Assembly (NCBI GenBank): GCA_028534125.1
Contig: CM052816.1
Location: 3,908,001 to 3,972,000, forward strand
Source: Lama glama
Lineage: Eukaryota
Direction of reading: 5' to 3'
DNA length: 64,000 bases
Part shown: piece by piece, positions 51,075-64,000 of the stretch
How the letters are laid out: every line of letters begins with the position of its first letter
How positions within the stretch are numbered: the stretch's first letter is position 1
Translations under genes and position numbers: made by a program
The notes under the pieces: model-generated
What the model saw: only the letters and a program-made list of their open reading frames with translations
Database searches by the model: none
Told to the model about the DNA's origin: nothing

Positions 51075-53030
51075 ACAATAAACATTTATTGGGTATTACA
51101 ATGTGCTGGCACTAGACATTCAGCCATACGAGACAGAGTTCCCACCTCTTGGACCTTCCATTTTAGTGGAGGAAATGATAAAGCAGATAAACAAACATCT
51201 AACTTGTCATACATATTATTGGGAGAAGTCTTATGATTATAAAAGAAAAGTGGGAGAAGGGGACAGGCAGTGACTGGGGAGGCTCCTGTCGGTAAGACAG
51301 TCAAGGGAAGTCTCTCTGTAGTGGAGAGATTTGAGGAAAAAACATGAACAAGCAAGAGAGTAAAGCAAAAGGACATCTCGGGGAGCATTCCAGTGAGAGG
51401 AACCAGTACCAGCAAATGCAAAGGCCCTGAGGTGGGGGCTCCCCTGGTATGTTTGAGGGACAGTGGAGTTAGATCAGATCAAACAAGAGGGAGAGTATTT
51501 GGAAATAAGCCTTGAAGTGCAGGCAGAAGGGGTGCACATGGGGTCTGACAAGCCACAGTGAAACCATAGGTATGACACTGATTGTGGCAGTAACTCTCAG
51601 AATCTCAGAGGACTGAGGCACAGGAGTGATCGGATTTCCACTGTGGAATCACTCTCACTGTTCTCAGGGATCAAACAGCTGCAGGGGCTGAGAATGCCAG
51701 TAGATACAGTGAGGTGTCACCTCACACCAGTCAGAATGTTCATCATTCAAAAGTCCTCAAACAGTAAATGCTGGAGAGACTGTGGAGAAAAGGGAACCCT
51801 CCTACACTGCTGGTGGGAATGCAGTTTGGTGGAGCCACTGTGGAAAACAGTATGGAGATTCCTCAAAAGACTAGGAATAGACTTACCATAGGACCCAGGA
51901 ATCCTGCTCCTGGGCATATATCCAGAGGGAACTCTAATTCAAAAAGATACATGCACCCCAATGTTCATAGCAGCACTATATACAATAGCCAAGACATGGA
52001 AACAACCTAAATGTCCACTGACAGATGAGTGGATAAAGAAGATGTGGTACATTTATACAATGGAATAGCACTCAGCCATAAAAAATGATAAAATAATGCT
52101 ATTTGCAGCAACATGGATGGACCTGGAGATTGTCATTCTAAGTGAAGTAAGCCAGAAAGAGAAAGAAAAATACAGTATGGTATTACCTATATGTGGCATG
52201 TAAAAAAAGGACACAAATTAACTTATTTCCAAACATAAACAGACTCACAGATGTAGAGAACAAACTTATATTTGCCACAGGTGGAAAAGTGGGTATGGTG
52301 GAGGGATAGATTAGGAGTGCAGGATTTTCAGACACTAACTACTGTATATAAAATAGATAAATAGCAAGATCCTTCTGTGTAGCACAGAGAACTATATTCA
52401 ATATCTTGTAATAGCCTATAATGGAAAAGAATAAGAAAAGGATTATATGTGTGTGTGTGTGTGTGTGTGTTTGTGTGTGTATGTAACTGAATCACTATGC
52501 TGTACACCAACTTAAATTTTAAATTCAATTTAAAAAAAAGAGAATGCTAGTAGAGAAACCAGGGGTCTGTGACTCCTGCAGTCGCCCAGAGAGACGTGAC
52601 GGTAGCCCAGATTAGGGTAGAGGTTGAGTGAGAAGATGGCCACTTGCTGTACTTGGAAACTATCTGGAAAGGAGAGCTAAAAGGATCGGATGCTTCCCGA
52701 GACACAGGGTGTGTGCGAGTCAAGGGCAGGACTCAAGGAGAATGCCAAGGTTCCGGCAGGAGCAGCTGGGTGAACGGTGGGACCACTTATCAGGATGGGG
52801 AGCGCAGGGAGAACAGTAGGCTCGCGGGACAGGAGGCAAATGGATCCACATGCAGAGAGGGTGTGAGAGGGCTCTGTTCAGCCACGCTGACGTTGAAATG
52901 CAGAGAAGAATCCACGGGGGTGGCGTCACAAAGGCACTTAGAAATGAATCTGGAATTCAGGGGGAAGACTGGCCTTAGAAATTAAATGTTTAAGTCTTCT
53001 GCATCTGAGTATTTTTTAAAGCCCCAGGAA
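51075..53030 (-). mobile_element. L2 element split by a younger L1 insertion
   Basis: aacatttattggg...cagcaaatgcaaaggccctgaggtgggg... continues after 52554 (gcagtcgcccagagag...gagaagatgg...gatgcttccc). Confidence 0.7.
51705..52539 (+). mobile_element. 5'-truncated L1 (ORF2 C-terminal CCHC remnant, 3' UTR and poly(A))
   Basis: Encodes HLTPVRM...[34 protein letters not shown] followed by a premature stop; TSD gagaatgc(c/t)agtaga at 51690-51704 and 52540-52554. Confidence 0.95.
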
Positions 53031-54549
53031 TGAAGCATGTCCAAATACTCCTGTTAGAGAAGCCCTGAGAAACTGGATTCCTTGGTCAAGGGTGTGTGTG
53101 TGTGTGTGTGTGTGATTATAGATACTATTACTAACGTTCTCCTCCAAAGTGCAATGTGCCTTATCTTTAAATTCAAAATACTTATCTCTGATGAATTAGA
53201 AGATATTTTATTACAATTATGAACATTCACTCCCACAGTCCCAGAGATTTAGATGTGTGAGGTGTCAGCTGAGGTAGTTTCAGACAAACATATTTGTGAG
53301 ACACACAGACATGCTGCTACAAGACATCATCAGCTACATTAGCTCATATGTTCCTGACAACATTCTGGGAGATCAGTATTATTAAAACTGTTTCATAGAT
53401 TAAGATACTGAGGTCCTAAGAAATGAAGGGAATTATTTAAGGGCTCCTAACTAGTAAGTTTAGGGTCTGGGCTCAGACTCAGGCCCAATTTTCTTTCCAT
53501 TACACACAGAATGGGGCAAGGAGTTAGCTTTCCCCGAATAAGACGCAAGGTATCCCAAATGACCATTTAGGTGAAACCACAGATCCCTGATTCCATGGCA
53601 GTGGCAGGAGGCACTGATGGGAGAGACAGACAACACACATGAAAACTATCTTTGAAACTTACAAGAGAATGGGTGCTATGGGTAAAAAACAAACAAACAA
53701 AGACAGGAAAAGGGGCAGCAACAGTGCTAAGGGGTGGAGAGCACGGAGGGTTCACATTTTAAAAGCATTCGAAAGGCTGACTTCATGGAGGAAGTAACAT
53801 CTGAGCAGACTTGAAGGAACCTTCAGAGTCACAGAAGACTTGGATCTCAGAAAACTCAGACATCATTCTAAATGTGGTCTTGACATCGCAAGTTGAGAAC
53901 CAGGAAAGAATGTAAACTGAACATCTTGAACAGGAAAAATAATTTCAAATACGGACAGCAAAGTTAATAGTGTCAATATAACATGCAAAGGACACCATGT
54001 GTAGCCATTGTGGCCTCATTTGTGACCAGCTTTCTAAATAGAAATGACAGATCCTTTTCAGCAAACCAGCTACCCTGTGTTGTAGAAACCCAGTGCTTCT
54101 TAAATCCCCACAAATAATTCTGACCAGAATCAGATGGTGACAACTGTAGTCGAGCCACCACAGCTCTTCTGTGACTTGGGGACCAAGCTGTGCAGTAACA
54201 TAATAATGAACATGACTCAAACACTTAAGATCAGACAATGTGACCCAAAGGTTGAAGGGAACGTGGATAATACATAACTCAAGTCATTATTTAACAGATG
54301 TGAAAACCAGGTTCATGGAGGTGAAGTGACTTCATTAAGGTCAGAAGGTGACTTAGTCTTAAGACCGAAGTCCTCTAACCTGGAAACCAGTATGTTTCCC
54401 ACAAATTCCAGACTTTGGTCTTCTCAACTTAAACTCCTGTTTGACATCACTTTCATCAACCACCATACATATGCCTTTTGAACAATACCCAAAGGCGAAT
54501 CACAACAAAGCCATGTTTCCTAACACAAAGAATGTAAAACTCATGAGAA

Positions 54550-54770
54550 ATATTTGCATAATGGTTACCATGAGCCAGACACTGTTCTAAAAGCTATACT
54601 GAGCTTACTGAATCCTCACAGACATATAATTATGAAGCAGGTGCTGTAACTATCCCAATTTTACAGTTGAGGCAATTGAGAAACAGAGAGGTTAAGTAAC
54701 CTAGCCAAGGTCACTCAGCTTGTTAAAGACACAGCAGGAATTTGAACCGAGTGTGCCTGGCTGAAAAACA
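54550..54770 (-). mobile_element. MIR SINE
   Basis: cccaattttacagttgaggcaattgagaaacagagaggttaagtaacctagccaaggtcactcagct. Confidence 0.85.
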
Positions 54771-55419
54771 TATTCTAATTCTTGTGTTAAATGCTTCCAG
54801 ATGTGTGTGCATACTTGCTCAGAACAGTGTGATGACTAATTAAAAACGTTTTGGTAACTAGTTTAGCTAGAATTTCTCAACATGGATATTACTTTAAGGA
54901 AATTCTTCATATCCTTTTTGAGCAACTACTGTATTTCAGTCATGGTGGTGCATGTTACTCTAAGTGCAGGCATTTTTTCCCCCCAGGCAATAAGCCATCC
55001 TGGACATGTCTCTGAAACCCATAAATTTTTACAGCATCATGAAAAACAGCTACAACAAATTAGGCACATCTTTCTGTAGTGATTCAACAGTTCCATAAAA
55101 TTAGCATTGATCCAGTAGATTCTCCCTTGACAACTGGCTTTGGCAAAGAGCTTTAGCTATTACCTGTGTTCTCAAATGCCTGCTGTGAAATCTGTGGTCG
55201 GAAAGGACAATCTCTTCATCTCATTTTTAGTCATGTCATTTCTTTTTTTTTTTTTAAACCAAAGTGTCCAGAAACAAGCAGGATAAAAACAATAGCTACA
55301 AGTTATCATGCACTCTGCTAAGCACCTGGCACATCTTCACATATGTCTGTATGTGCACATGCACTCATGCATATATGTGTTCTGAGGTGTAACTTACTCC
55401 CAGTGAAAGACACTGATAT

Positions 55420-55685
55420 TAACTGTGTAGCTCGAGTTACACAAAGCTGTACATCTGTATAAAGCATATTCAATCAAGATAGGGAACACGGTACACCAGA
55501 AATTAACACAACAGTGTAAATCCATGACACTAGAATAAAAAAATATGAAAAAAAAAGGGAATGTTTCCATCACCCTAGAAAGTTCCCTCATGCCCCTTCC
55601 TACTCAATTCCCAGCCCCAGGGCAGTGACTGTTCTGGTTTCTATCACATTTAAAACTTTTAATCCCATGTACAATTCTACGAGGT
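55420..55685 (-). mobile_element. Old L1 3' fragment carrying a tiny (about 65 bp) younger plus-strand L1 tail at about 55490-55557
   Basis: atcaagatagggaac [gtacaccagaaattaacacaacagtgtaaa...A tail] gggaatgtttccatcaccctagaaagttccctcatgcccctt. Confidence 0.65.
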
Positions 55686-57369
55686 GGTGATTCCAAGGAA
55701 TGTGTAACTCTGAGACCTGTGCTCTTGGTCACCACACCGCTGCACTGCATTTCTTCATAGAAGATACTTACTTCGCCCGTCACAACAGTGCCCTGCGAGG
55801 GAACTAAGTTACAATGTCCTAACGTCTCTCTTAATGGTATATATGGACCACACTGAGAAGAATCAAAAACACGGTCACTCAAGTCAGTCACTTTCTATAT
55901 TCTGCGGTTCAGATGAGAAACCCTACTGAGAACTTACTGATGTCAGATCAGGTAGGTGAGGTCAGTAAATGAAGTGGATACATGCCCTTTCCGAGGACCA
56001 GGCACTGGCCAGAACCCCCACCCCGACCCCAGCGAACAGCTACATGGTGAGAAATCAGGCCAGGGATGCCCTTCTTCAGCTTTTTCTAGATAACCTAGAT
56101 AATCTGAATTTGTACCTATCATCTCACTATACATAAGTGCTTTGTAAGTAACTCAGTTTTTAAAAAACACTTCACGAGTCAAAATGTGTCCACAGGTCAG
56201 CCCTTGGGGTTGCCAGTTTGTGACCTACTGTTTGCTTCCTCGGCCTCGGAAACACCTTCGTCAGCAACAGAAGGGAGGCCAAGAAGCTCTGAAGGTCACA
56301 GCCAGCCTAGGAGGTGATGTTTGTCATTACACGGTAACAATTCTGCTGTCCAGACTCTGGTCTGTCTGACACTCCTGCCCATTGAGGGAAGCAGATGACT
56401 TTGGTAAACATCCCAATCAAACAGGAGAGAAAAGAGAAACTGGCAACAGAGTAAAAACATAGAGGGAAAGAGCCAGGAAGAGGACAGAGCACGAGAGAGG
56501 GGAGAGGACGATGACACGTGAGAGCAGGAAAGAAAGGGCAGTGAGGCCCTGCTCCTCGCCACCTCTAGGCTTTAAGCATCTTCTTTTGCTGACGACGCTG
56601 GCGCAGGACCACACACTGTTCAGAGTTGGGACAACAGTGAAGGAGTTGCCTGGAGAAGGGAGCTCCCGGGATGCTTATGTACTTTTGAGTTCCATGAACA
56701 GTTTCAGTGCTTAAATGTTTTGATTCTGGGAAATAGCTGCAGGGTTTCCGGGAATTCCGAAATGTATTATCTGGAAGTCAGGGAGCTCACAAGGGAGTCC
56801 GGTCCCAGCACCCCGGTGAGGAAATGTGGTCCCAGCATGGAGGGAGTTTCCAATCCCCGACAATGGAGGTCCTATCAGAAAACTGTGCTTGCTTTACTAG
56901 GGACCACAGTGTTATCGGTTAAAAAGAAGAATAAAGCCACGGCTTCCATATCCACCTACACACCTGGGGTTCCACTAGGACAACCATCAGCAAAGATTTC
57001 GTACAACCTTATGGGATGTACACACTCAGTGAACTGCGGTGACACAGTCCTCCCCCACTGCAGACCTGTCCGGCGTGCACATCAGGCCACAGTTTCCTTT
57101 ATATAAATAAAGGTGATTCCCATTTGGCAAAAGGAATTTGAAACAATAAGAAAGACAACTGCCTTTCTGTGCGGCAGCAAAGGTGAAAGAAAAAGGATCA
57201 TGGAATCTGCAGAGAAATGAAGGCAACATAGAAAAAGGAACCTGGATCACTCAGGGTGAAACATTCTCTTCTCCGCTGACTGTCTCAATGCTTCATTTTT
57301 TTCCTTTTGATCCGCCCAGTTCATTCCTTGTCAGTTTGCCTCATGCTGTCTGAGTTAATATTAAGTATA

Positions 57370-57580
57370 CACAGCAAGATACTTCAGTCCTTACGGTGTG
57401 CAAGGCTCCACGCTGAGTGTCTCCTAGCACAGTCTCACAGCACACTACGAGGCAGATGCCCCCACATCCAATGTAAAGATGGTAAAACTGTGGCTGATGC
57501 AGAGGATGTAACTTGTCCAAGGTCACACAGCCAGGGTCATGGTCCAGGTCTGTGTGCCTCGGCGCCTGGGCTCACTTCAC
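57370..57580 (-). mobile_element. MIR SINE
   Basis: aaagatggtaaaactgtggct...taacttgtccaaggtcacacagc. Confidence 0.7.
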
Positions 57581-58849
57581 TATATAATCATTTTCCTTCT
57601 GCCCCAAGACCCTTCCACCTCCCTCTCTGGTTTCTTCTTGTGCTGCTCCGCCCTGACAACATCCTCCTCCCCTTCAGGTAACAGACACATGGTGTCCTGT
57701 GCATGGAACATCCACTTGTCAGATGACATAACTGAGTTCAGGGACCAATATTTTCGTCAGGAGGAGGTGACCTGGGATGTTTTCAGAGCAGCATAAAGAA
57801 AAGAGTGTAGGAAAAGATGAGGGATAGATGAAATAATTCAAGACATTCATAAAGAAATAGGAGAGCTTTAGAATGACAAAAACCATAGAATGGGAGAAAG
57901 AGGCAACAGCTTATAGCCGTCTGATCCCATTTCACAGATGGGAAGACTGGCATTCAGCTCTTAGTGGACTCAGGTCCTATCCCATGATTTCTGACCACCT
58001 CTAACTTTACCCCCTTTCTTCACCAAGTACCCCTACCACCTTCATATGTGACTAAAGAGAGTGCGACCATGGCCAAGGGTTACAAAGAGATGCAAATCTG
58101 GCCCAGGCTAAGGAGGCTTGAGATAAAAACACCCCAAGCTGCCTCACATTGCAGTGAGGTTCTCCACTGCCGTCACATCTGCTGACATCTGTCAGCGATG
58201 CTATAAATGGCATTCTTATGGTGGATGCTAATTTAGCCACAAGTGTTAAACAAACTCAGTTCTCTGGATCAGTGTCTGGCTGGCTTCCAGAGAAGCACTT
58301 GGGGAGCTTTTAAAAGTAGAAGGATTCCCCAACTCTAATCTCAGAAATTCTGATTCAGAATGCTTTGAGAAACCATGGAACCAGGTGATTTCTGAGGGAC
58401 CTTCTAACTATAAGACTCTATTTTGTCCCTTTCTCTAGCATGGCTTCTGAAGTATCACTCAGCTGTCATTACTAAGCCAACACAGGTCACAAGTAGTCCA
58501 CACCAGACTCAGAGTCAAGGAGAAAGAAACACTGCCATTGTCTCCAAATGCCTGCATTCTTCAGGTGGGTAATGTGTCTTTTATGGTCTCAGTGTTCACT
58601 CCTTGAAAACAGAAGAAATGGACTGTTAGAACTTATTCCACACACAGAGGGTGACACGTGACTGGTCTCCACCCATCGTGGTAAAGTAACTGCACGGGGC
58701 CAGTAGGCATATGACCCAGCGCTGGGTGTGTACTCAGACATGAGGGGAAGTCTGTGTGGGAGGGGATCCCTTCCTGATAAAAGGAGCAAAGGCTCACGAG
58801 GAGGAGTATTCTCCTCCTTCATGTCCACCCAACTCTGTCCTCGCTTGAA

Positions 58850-59075
58850 CACAACACATGGAGATGAGCATGGAAAGTTGAGCTCAAGAGCTAAGGACAG
58901 TGGAGCAGAAAGGGATCTTTTGTGTCTGGGGACACTGCTCAGCTGCGACATCAGTCCTGGACAGTCCAGGTGTGGTCCACATGTGTGTGCATGAAAGTAA
59001 GGCCTTACACAGTCACACTTCTATGAGCAGGGTTTTTGTTACTTGCAGCCAAATGCAATCTTCACTGATGCAGCA
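58850..59075 (+). mobile_element. Old MaLR LTR fragment (MLT1J/K-like)
   Basis: Ends gggtttttgttacttgcagccaaatgcaatcttcactgatgca. Confidence 0.5.
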
Positions 59076-59767
59076 CTGGAACTCTCTTTTCAAATGAAAT
59101 ATCCTGAAAAAATCCCAATATATGAAACAGATGAAAGTGGCTGGCGATGTAGAAAAGTGGACAAAGTGTTTCCAGGGCCATTCCTCCCTAGATCCCTGCA
59201 GGGGTTCTTCCATGGAACCAGAACTGGCCAAAATCAGTACGTCTTAAGGGAGAGTCTCCAAAACACCAGGGACCCTCAGATCTTCTCAGGGCCTCTCAGC
59301 GTTCTCTGCCAAGTTTTTTCTTGTATTTCTCCTTTTTTCCCTTCTGAAGTCCTTATTTTATTTACACAAATTTTGTCCTAGGATTCATATATCCAACTCA
59401 TGACCAATGGCTACCACCCCACAGTGCTGGGGTCTGCATTTGTCTTCAGCGTCCAATCATGTTGGCAACAACTGATTTGATTCAAATTGTTAACAACAGA
59501 GGAAGGAGCAGAGTGTGATATAACATAAAATGGCACCTTCCTTGAAGAAGCAGATCAAAGACATCATGGCATGCAAATTAAGGGAGATTAGAAGAGAAAA
59601 AAGTCACGGAATAATCAGTGTGTGTTCAGGATATCAGAGTATGAGTGTCTAAGATCAAAATAATCTCCAGATAACTGTAGCCCCATGTTCATGGTGTAAG
59701 CCGTATTAAATTCCAGGAAAGCATCCTCTACATAAGAAACCAGTGTTGAAAATCTAAATATTATTAG

Positions 59768-60208
59768 TGCCATTCGCAGCAACATGAATGGACCTGGAGA
59801 ATGTCATTCTAAATGAAGTAAGCCAGAAAGAGAAAGAAAAATACCATATCGTATCGCTCATATGTGGAATCAAAAAAAAAAAAAGGTCAAACTTATTTAC
59901 AAAACAGAAACAGACTCACAGACATAGAAAACAAACTTACGGTTATGGAGGTGGGGGGAAGAGTGTGGGAAGGGATAAACTGGGAGTTCGAGATTTGCAT
60001 ATACTAACTAATATATATGAAATAGATAAACAACAAGTGTATACTGTACAACACAGGGAACTATGTTCAATACCTTGTAGTAACTTACAGTGAAAAAGAA
60101 TATGAAATGAATATATGTATGTTCCTATATGACTAAAGCACTGTGCTGTACACCAGAAACTGACACATTGTAAACTGACTATATGCCAATAAAAATATAT
60201 CAAAAATT
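59768..60208 (+). mobile_element. 5'-truncated lineage-specific L1 3' end
   Basis: gccattcgcagcaacatgaatggacctggagaatgtcattctaaatgaagtaagccagaaagag...tgtgctgtacaccagaaactgacacattgtaaactgact plus A-rich tail. Confidence 0.9.
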
Positions 60209-60709
60209 AAATACTTTTCTCTGTATTTAATTCATAAATTTGCTTTAGTGTGACAGCTGGTTAAGAACGATTAAAATTGAGAGGTAATAGCTAGGTGGGT
60301 ATTTTTGGTTTGTACATATGTGAACGGTCGTATAATAAAAATTGTTAAATCAACAACATGGAGATGGATCTCTTCCCCCAACCTTGTTAAAAGGGGTTTA
60401 AGGGGTCTTTATGTTACTCAAACTCAAGAAATTCTGTATTACTGGATGGCCCTAATCCGTTCCAGATGGTCAAATGCAGGATTCCATGAACCTTCTTACC
60501 TTATGAAACTAATACTAAACACTTTCACCAACAATGTGGTACATGCCCTTGGAGATGTTTTTAAAATTAAAAAAAATAATAATCAAGTAAATAAATCCAT
60601 TCATTAAAATAAAGCATACATATCATTTCATACCCTTCTCAAAAGTGACTTAATGATGAGGTGTCCACAGGCAGGGCCCAGGCAAACTCTGCAGACTTCT
60701 AGCCCTCAC

Positions 60710-60756
60710 CCATCTCCACCTGGTCCCTTCACTCAACACTCCCAGCAGGACTATCT
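60710..60756 (-). other. SGCD: SGCD small 5' exon (homolog of human exon 2 carrying the upstream ATG)
   Basis: Minus strand reads ttgttccgtccAG|AGATAGTCCTGCTGGGAGTGTTGAGTGAAGGGACCAGGTGGAGATGG|GTGAGG. It closely matches my recollection of the 46-nt human exon 2 ending in GGTGGAGATG and lies about 2.2 kb from the putative exon 1. Confidence 0.8.
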
Positions 60757-62932
60757 CTGGACGGAACAACTATGGGTTAAAAATAAGGCCTTAGGAGCCT
60801 GCTCCCTCCTGGCTTAGGAAACCTGAAGCCGTGGGCAATGACCTTCTTACAAAATGTGTTTTCTGATTACTTCCAGAAGGCACAGCAGGGCAGTCTGACC
60901 ATGGGCTTTTCTATTAGGAAGAGAGTAAAACAATTCTCTCCACTGAGGCCATGGTTTCGCCTTCAACTGGAACAAATCGGTGCCTGCCGGGCTTCACTAT
61001 TCGAGTATGTGTGTTTCACTCCTGTGCACAGGTCTCTCCCCGCTGCCCCGTGTGTGGTGTGGCCACCCCTCCCTCCTTGTAGCCTGTACCTCCGCCCTGG
61101 ATTTCTTCTCCTCCACTTTCCCACCTCCTTTTCGTTTTTTGTTTTTTCTTTCTTTGCAAATGTCAAGGGAGCTTGATTTTCTCCTCTTACGTGTCTAAAA
61201 GAGGCAACTGTAGAGCTCCTTCCAAGTTCAGGCAATGCTGTTCGTACCCCTGCCACCTGAAGCTGCTGTTTCACGGCTGCTCTGCTCAAAGCCTGGCGAG
61301 CGCTAAATTTAGAGGAGTGTGACATTAGCGCTCACAGAGTCTCCTTTTTCACTGTTGGTGTGCTGGGCTGCAGTTCACATTGGCTCCTAATCTGTCTTGG
61401 CATCTTGCTCACTCAGTAGGCAACACGAGCGCTGTCAAAGTGCCTCCTTTCTTGCCCCACGTCCAGCAGTTCCCAAACTCTCCCCATTCCAACCCAACCC
61501 AAAGAGGAGGTTCATGACGAGGATATTTGTGTGTATGTCTTAGGAGACGAATCCCTGCCGCCAGTCATTCCCCAATTCCTTCCTTTAAGTGCAAAACTAT
61601 GGAGAAAGTGAAACTGCTGGCCGAGAGGGCTGACCTCCTACCAACAAAACACAATGCCTGCCCAGTTATCCTGGGTCTTACACCAACAAAGGTAGGACGA
61701 AGTCCAGCCCCTCGACCCTTTATTCACCCATTAATCAGCTACTTGTTGAGAGATCTTAAAACTGAAGTAAACACACACCTGTTTTTACAGAGGTCCACCC
61801 TATAGGTGGACCACTCTTCTGCTCTTCAAGAAGTAGCCAAGAGTCCATTCATCCATCTGTTTCCCGAGCCAGACTCTGGGCCAAGCCCCTCTGGAAAACA
61901 CCACTGCTGTCACTGATTGCTCCTCCAGCAATCACAAAGCTGTCGTGAGATTTAGTCCAGCTGTTTCTGAGCTGAACCAGTTTCTTAAACGCAATTATAT
62001 TATATTGTGCATTTGCTAAATGCTAAGCTTTGAATAAGGGGAAGCTTTCATGGCGGGGGTGGGTAAAAATCTACGCTGCCTTATAACTGATAGATATGAA
62101 AAATAATTGTTTAAAATTTGATTTTTTAAAAAAACACTCTTTTCAGGAAGGGGTAAAATGCAATCAATCGATGAAATAAAATTTCCACTATTAAGTCTCT
62201 ATCTTTTAACAGTGATTTTAAGTAAATTACTGTTTTGTGTTACTCCTAAGTTGTCTATATTTCATACAATATAAGAGTATTTTTTGACAGATGAACTGCT
62301 GGTTACTTGTTCAACTCAGAAAAGTTGAAAATGATGATAGAAACAGAATGACAAATGTAGATCCAGCATATTTCTAGGCAAATATATCACTGGGCTCCTT
62401 AATGACAGTCAAAATCCCACATAATAATAAAAGGTACCAGGAACTTGTACGCACTTATCTGTTCCGACATTCTGAAAGTGTAATCCAAAATAGAAACTTC
62501 AAACTCCGATTCCCTCCTAAAATAAGAGCCAATTTCTGCTAAAAATGCCCGTCTCCAAACTCTCAGGAAGCAAAGAACACAGCTTCATCTACAATGATCT
62601 TCCCTGCCCACGACTGTCCTTTCATGTAGAAAAGTCACAGAAAGTTGGAGCAGGCTCAGAGCACAAGAGTTCACATACTTTTCTCTTTCACAAGCATATT
62701 GCCAGCCAAATCCTAACTTTCCAAAGTGACTCTGCCCTGCTGAAAATCAGATCTGGGAGGGGGCTGGGGACAGAAAGCTCACAAGCCCACACCAAATGTT
62801 TAAGTGACGGAGTTCTAACTTGTTCGCACACCCCCCCAACCCCATCCCCGAAACGCAGAGTACTTGCCAACAAACAGCAGGCTTAGAAAGCGAAGGGAAA
62901 GCGTGCACATGCAAGAATGAGCAGTCCCCTAC

Positions 62933-63100
62933 CTCTCTGGTCTGCTGCACAAAGAGGCTGGCTGGTGAAAATCACCCACGGTTCGGGCGAGCGCGGAGAG
63001 GCTGGAAGGGGGCGGCCCTCGGCCAGCTGGGGGTGAGCAGGCCCAGCCCGTGCTCAGAAGCTGCCCCAGTCAGATTTTCCAGCTGGAGACTTGCAGCCAA
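62933..63100 (-). other. SGCD: SGCD first non-coding exon (5' boundary/TSS uncertain)
   Basis: Donor GAGAG|GTAGGG at 62933/62932. The GC/CpG-enriched segment (ctgactggggcagcttctgagc...cagctggccgag) resembles the recalled human SGCD 5' UTR. Confidence 0.7.
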
Positions 63101-63720
63101 GTCCCTGCCCATGCCTGAAGAATTTCCTGGACAGCATTCCCGTTCTTTTTCTGACTGCTTTGAAACCATACTCTGTGCTTCAATACGGCTTTGTCAGGCC
63201 AACTCCCAGCTACTGGGCTGCCTCCAGCTCTCAATGGGAAACACATGTGTCGAGCACAGACTCGCTACCCTGCATCCATGCCCGTGGCGTCTGCTGGGCT
63301 CACACTCACGACCACAAAGCCAACGGCTTCTAGAACCAGTTCTGCTTTCTCGGCCCTTTTCCACCCAGCTGGCCCCTGCTCCGTGGTGCTAGATCCTGGA
63401 GTTCAATCCTCTCTTCCTTAAGCTCATCCCTGCCCCCATTTAACTGGCTCCATCTGCTCACAGTCCCCAGCTGACCCCTGTAACTCCCCTGGAGCTCTCG
63501 CCAGCCCTGATAAGGAGCCTATTACAGCTGAGAGATGGGCATTCTAATTGGATCTCCCCTACCTGCCTGATGCCTCTGTCTTTGCTCAAAATTTCAATTG
63601 CTAGAGGGGAAGCCATATTTTTAGCATTTCCAGACTGGTTCAGGACTTCAGAGTTGTCCCCCCATCCTGATATGTGCATCTCTTGCTGCTGCACCTAAAA
63701 ATAATGCAGTTATTTCACAG
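63000..63720 (-). promoter_or_regulatory. Putative striated-muscle promoter of SGCD
   Basis: CAGCTG E-boxes at 63024, 63080, 63366, 63468 and 63525; GC box 63008-63015; CATTCC 63135-63140; GATA TGATAA 63508-63513; MEF2 consensus CTAAAAATAA 63695-63704; near-MEF2 site 63615-63624. Confidence 0.65.
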
Positions 63721-64000
63721 GCACTTTTGTGGCTCTTTGCTCTATAACTGTGCTAGTGCCAAAAAAAATAAAGTAATGTTTTGCAGGCTGTTGTAATGTG
63801 TGTTGTGGTTATAGGAAACAGCAAGGAGAAAAGACTGCACCTTTAATCAAAATGGGTCCTAACTGTATATACCTGTGATTTTTTTCTGGCTGCCGCTTCA
63901 CCAAGATATCCCATGTACTTTCTGCTGGATTTTGTGGTCTACCATGGGGATTTCCTCCTTCTATATAACAGAGAAGACATTTCTAAAGATATGAAGAAGA

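Noticed and set aside
61792..61812. Inverted repeat ggtccacc-ctata-ggtggacc
   Set aside because: An 8-bp stem is expected by chance in 64 kb and has no supporting context.
62820..63392. 190-aa plus-strand ORF over exon 1
   Set aside because: Non-ATG start in GC-rich promoter DNA, where stops are rare; no recognisable homology.
1..64000. CRISPR arrays, operons, rRNA or other prokaryotic-type systems
   Set aside because: No regularly spaced repeat-spacer arrays or dense coding; the sequence is mammalian intronic DNA.

Overview
This is mammalian genomic DNA. A tRNA-Ala-derived SINE family resembling camelid Vic-1 suggests a camelid. The window holds the 5' end of the delta-sarcoglycan gene SGCD on the minus strand: a muscle-type promoter and first non-coding exon (donor at 62933), a 47-nt second exon (60710-60756) and the first major coding exon (40012-40200, MPQEQY...NFTI). 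Everything to the left looks like intron, but a 500-N scaffold gap at 38317-38816 leaves that join unverified. The rest is transposable-element debris (L1, L2, MIR, ERV1 and MaLR LTRs, Tigger and hAT elements) and microsatellites. There are no prokaryotic-type systems, and nearly all listed ORFs are spurious. The most interesting observation is an extra G after the exon 2 ATG, which shifts a strong-context start codon out of frame into a stop-free overlapping reading frame across the coding exon. Secondary observations are an inverted SINE pair, a twin-primed L1, intact-looking antisense solo LTRs and a GC/CpG-shifted MIR. Repeat family names and human exon comparisons are from memory, not from database searches.
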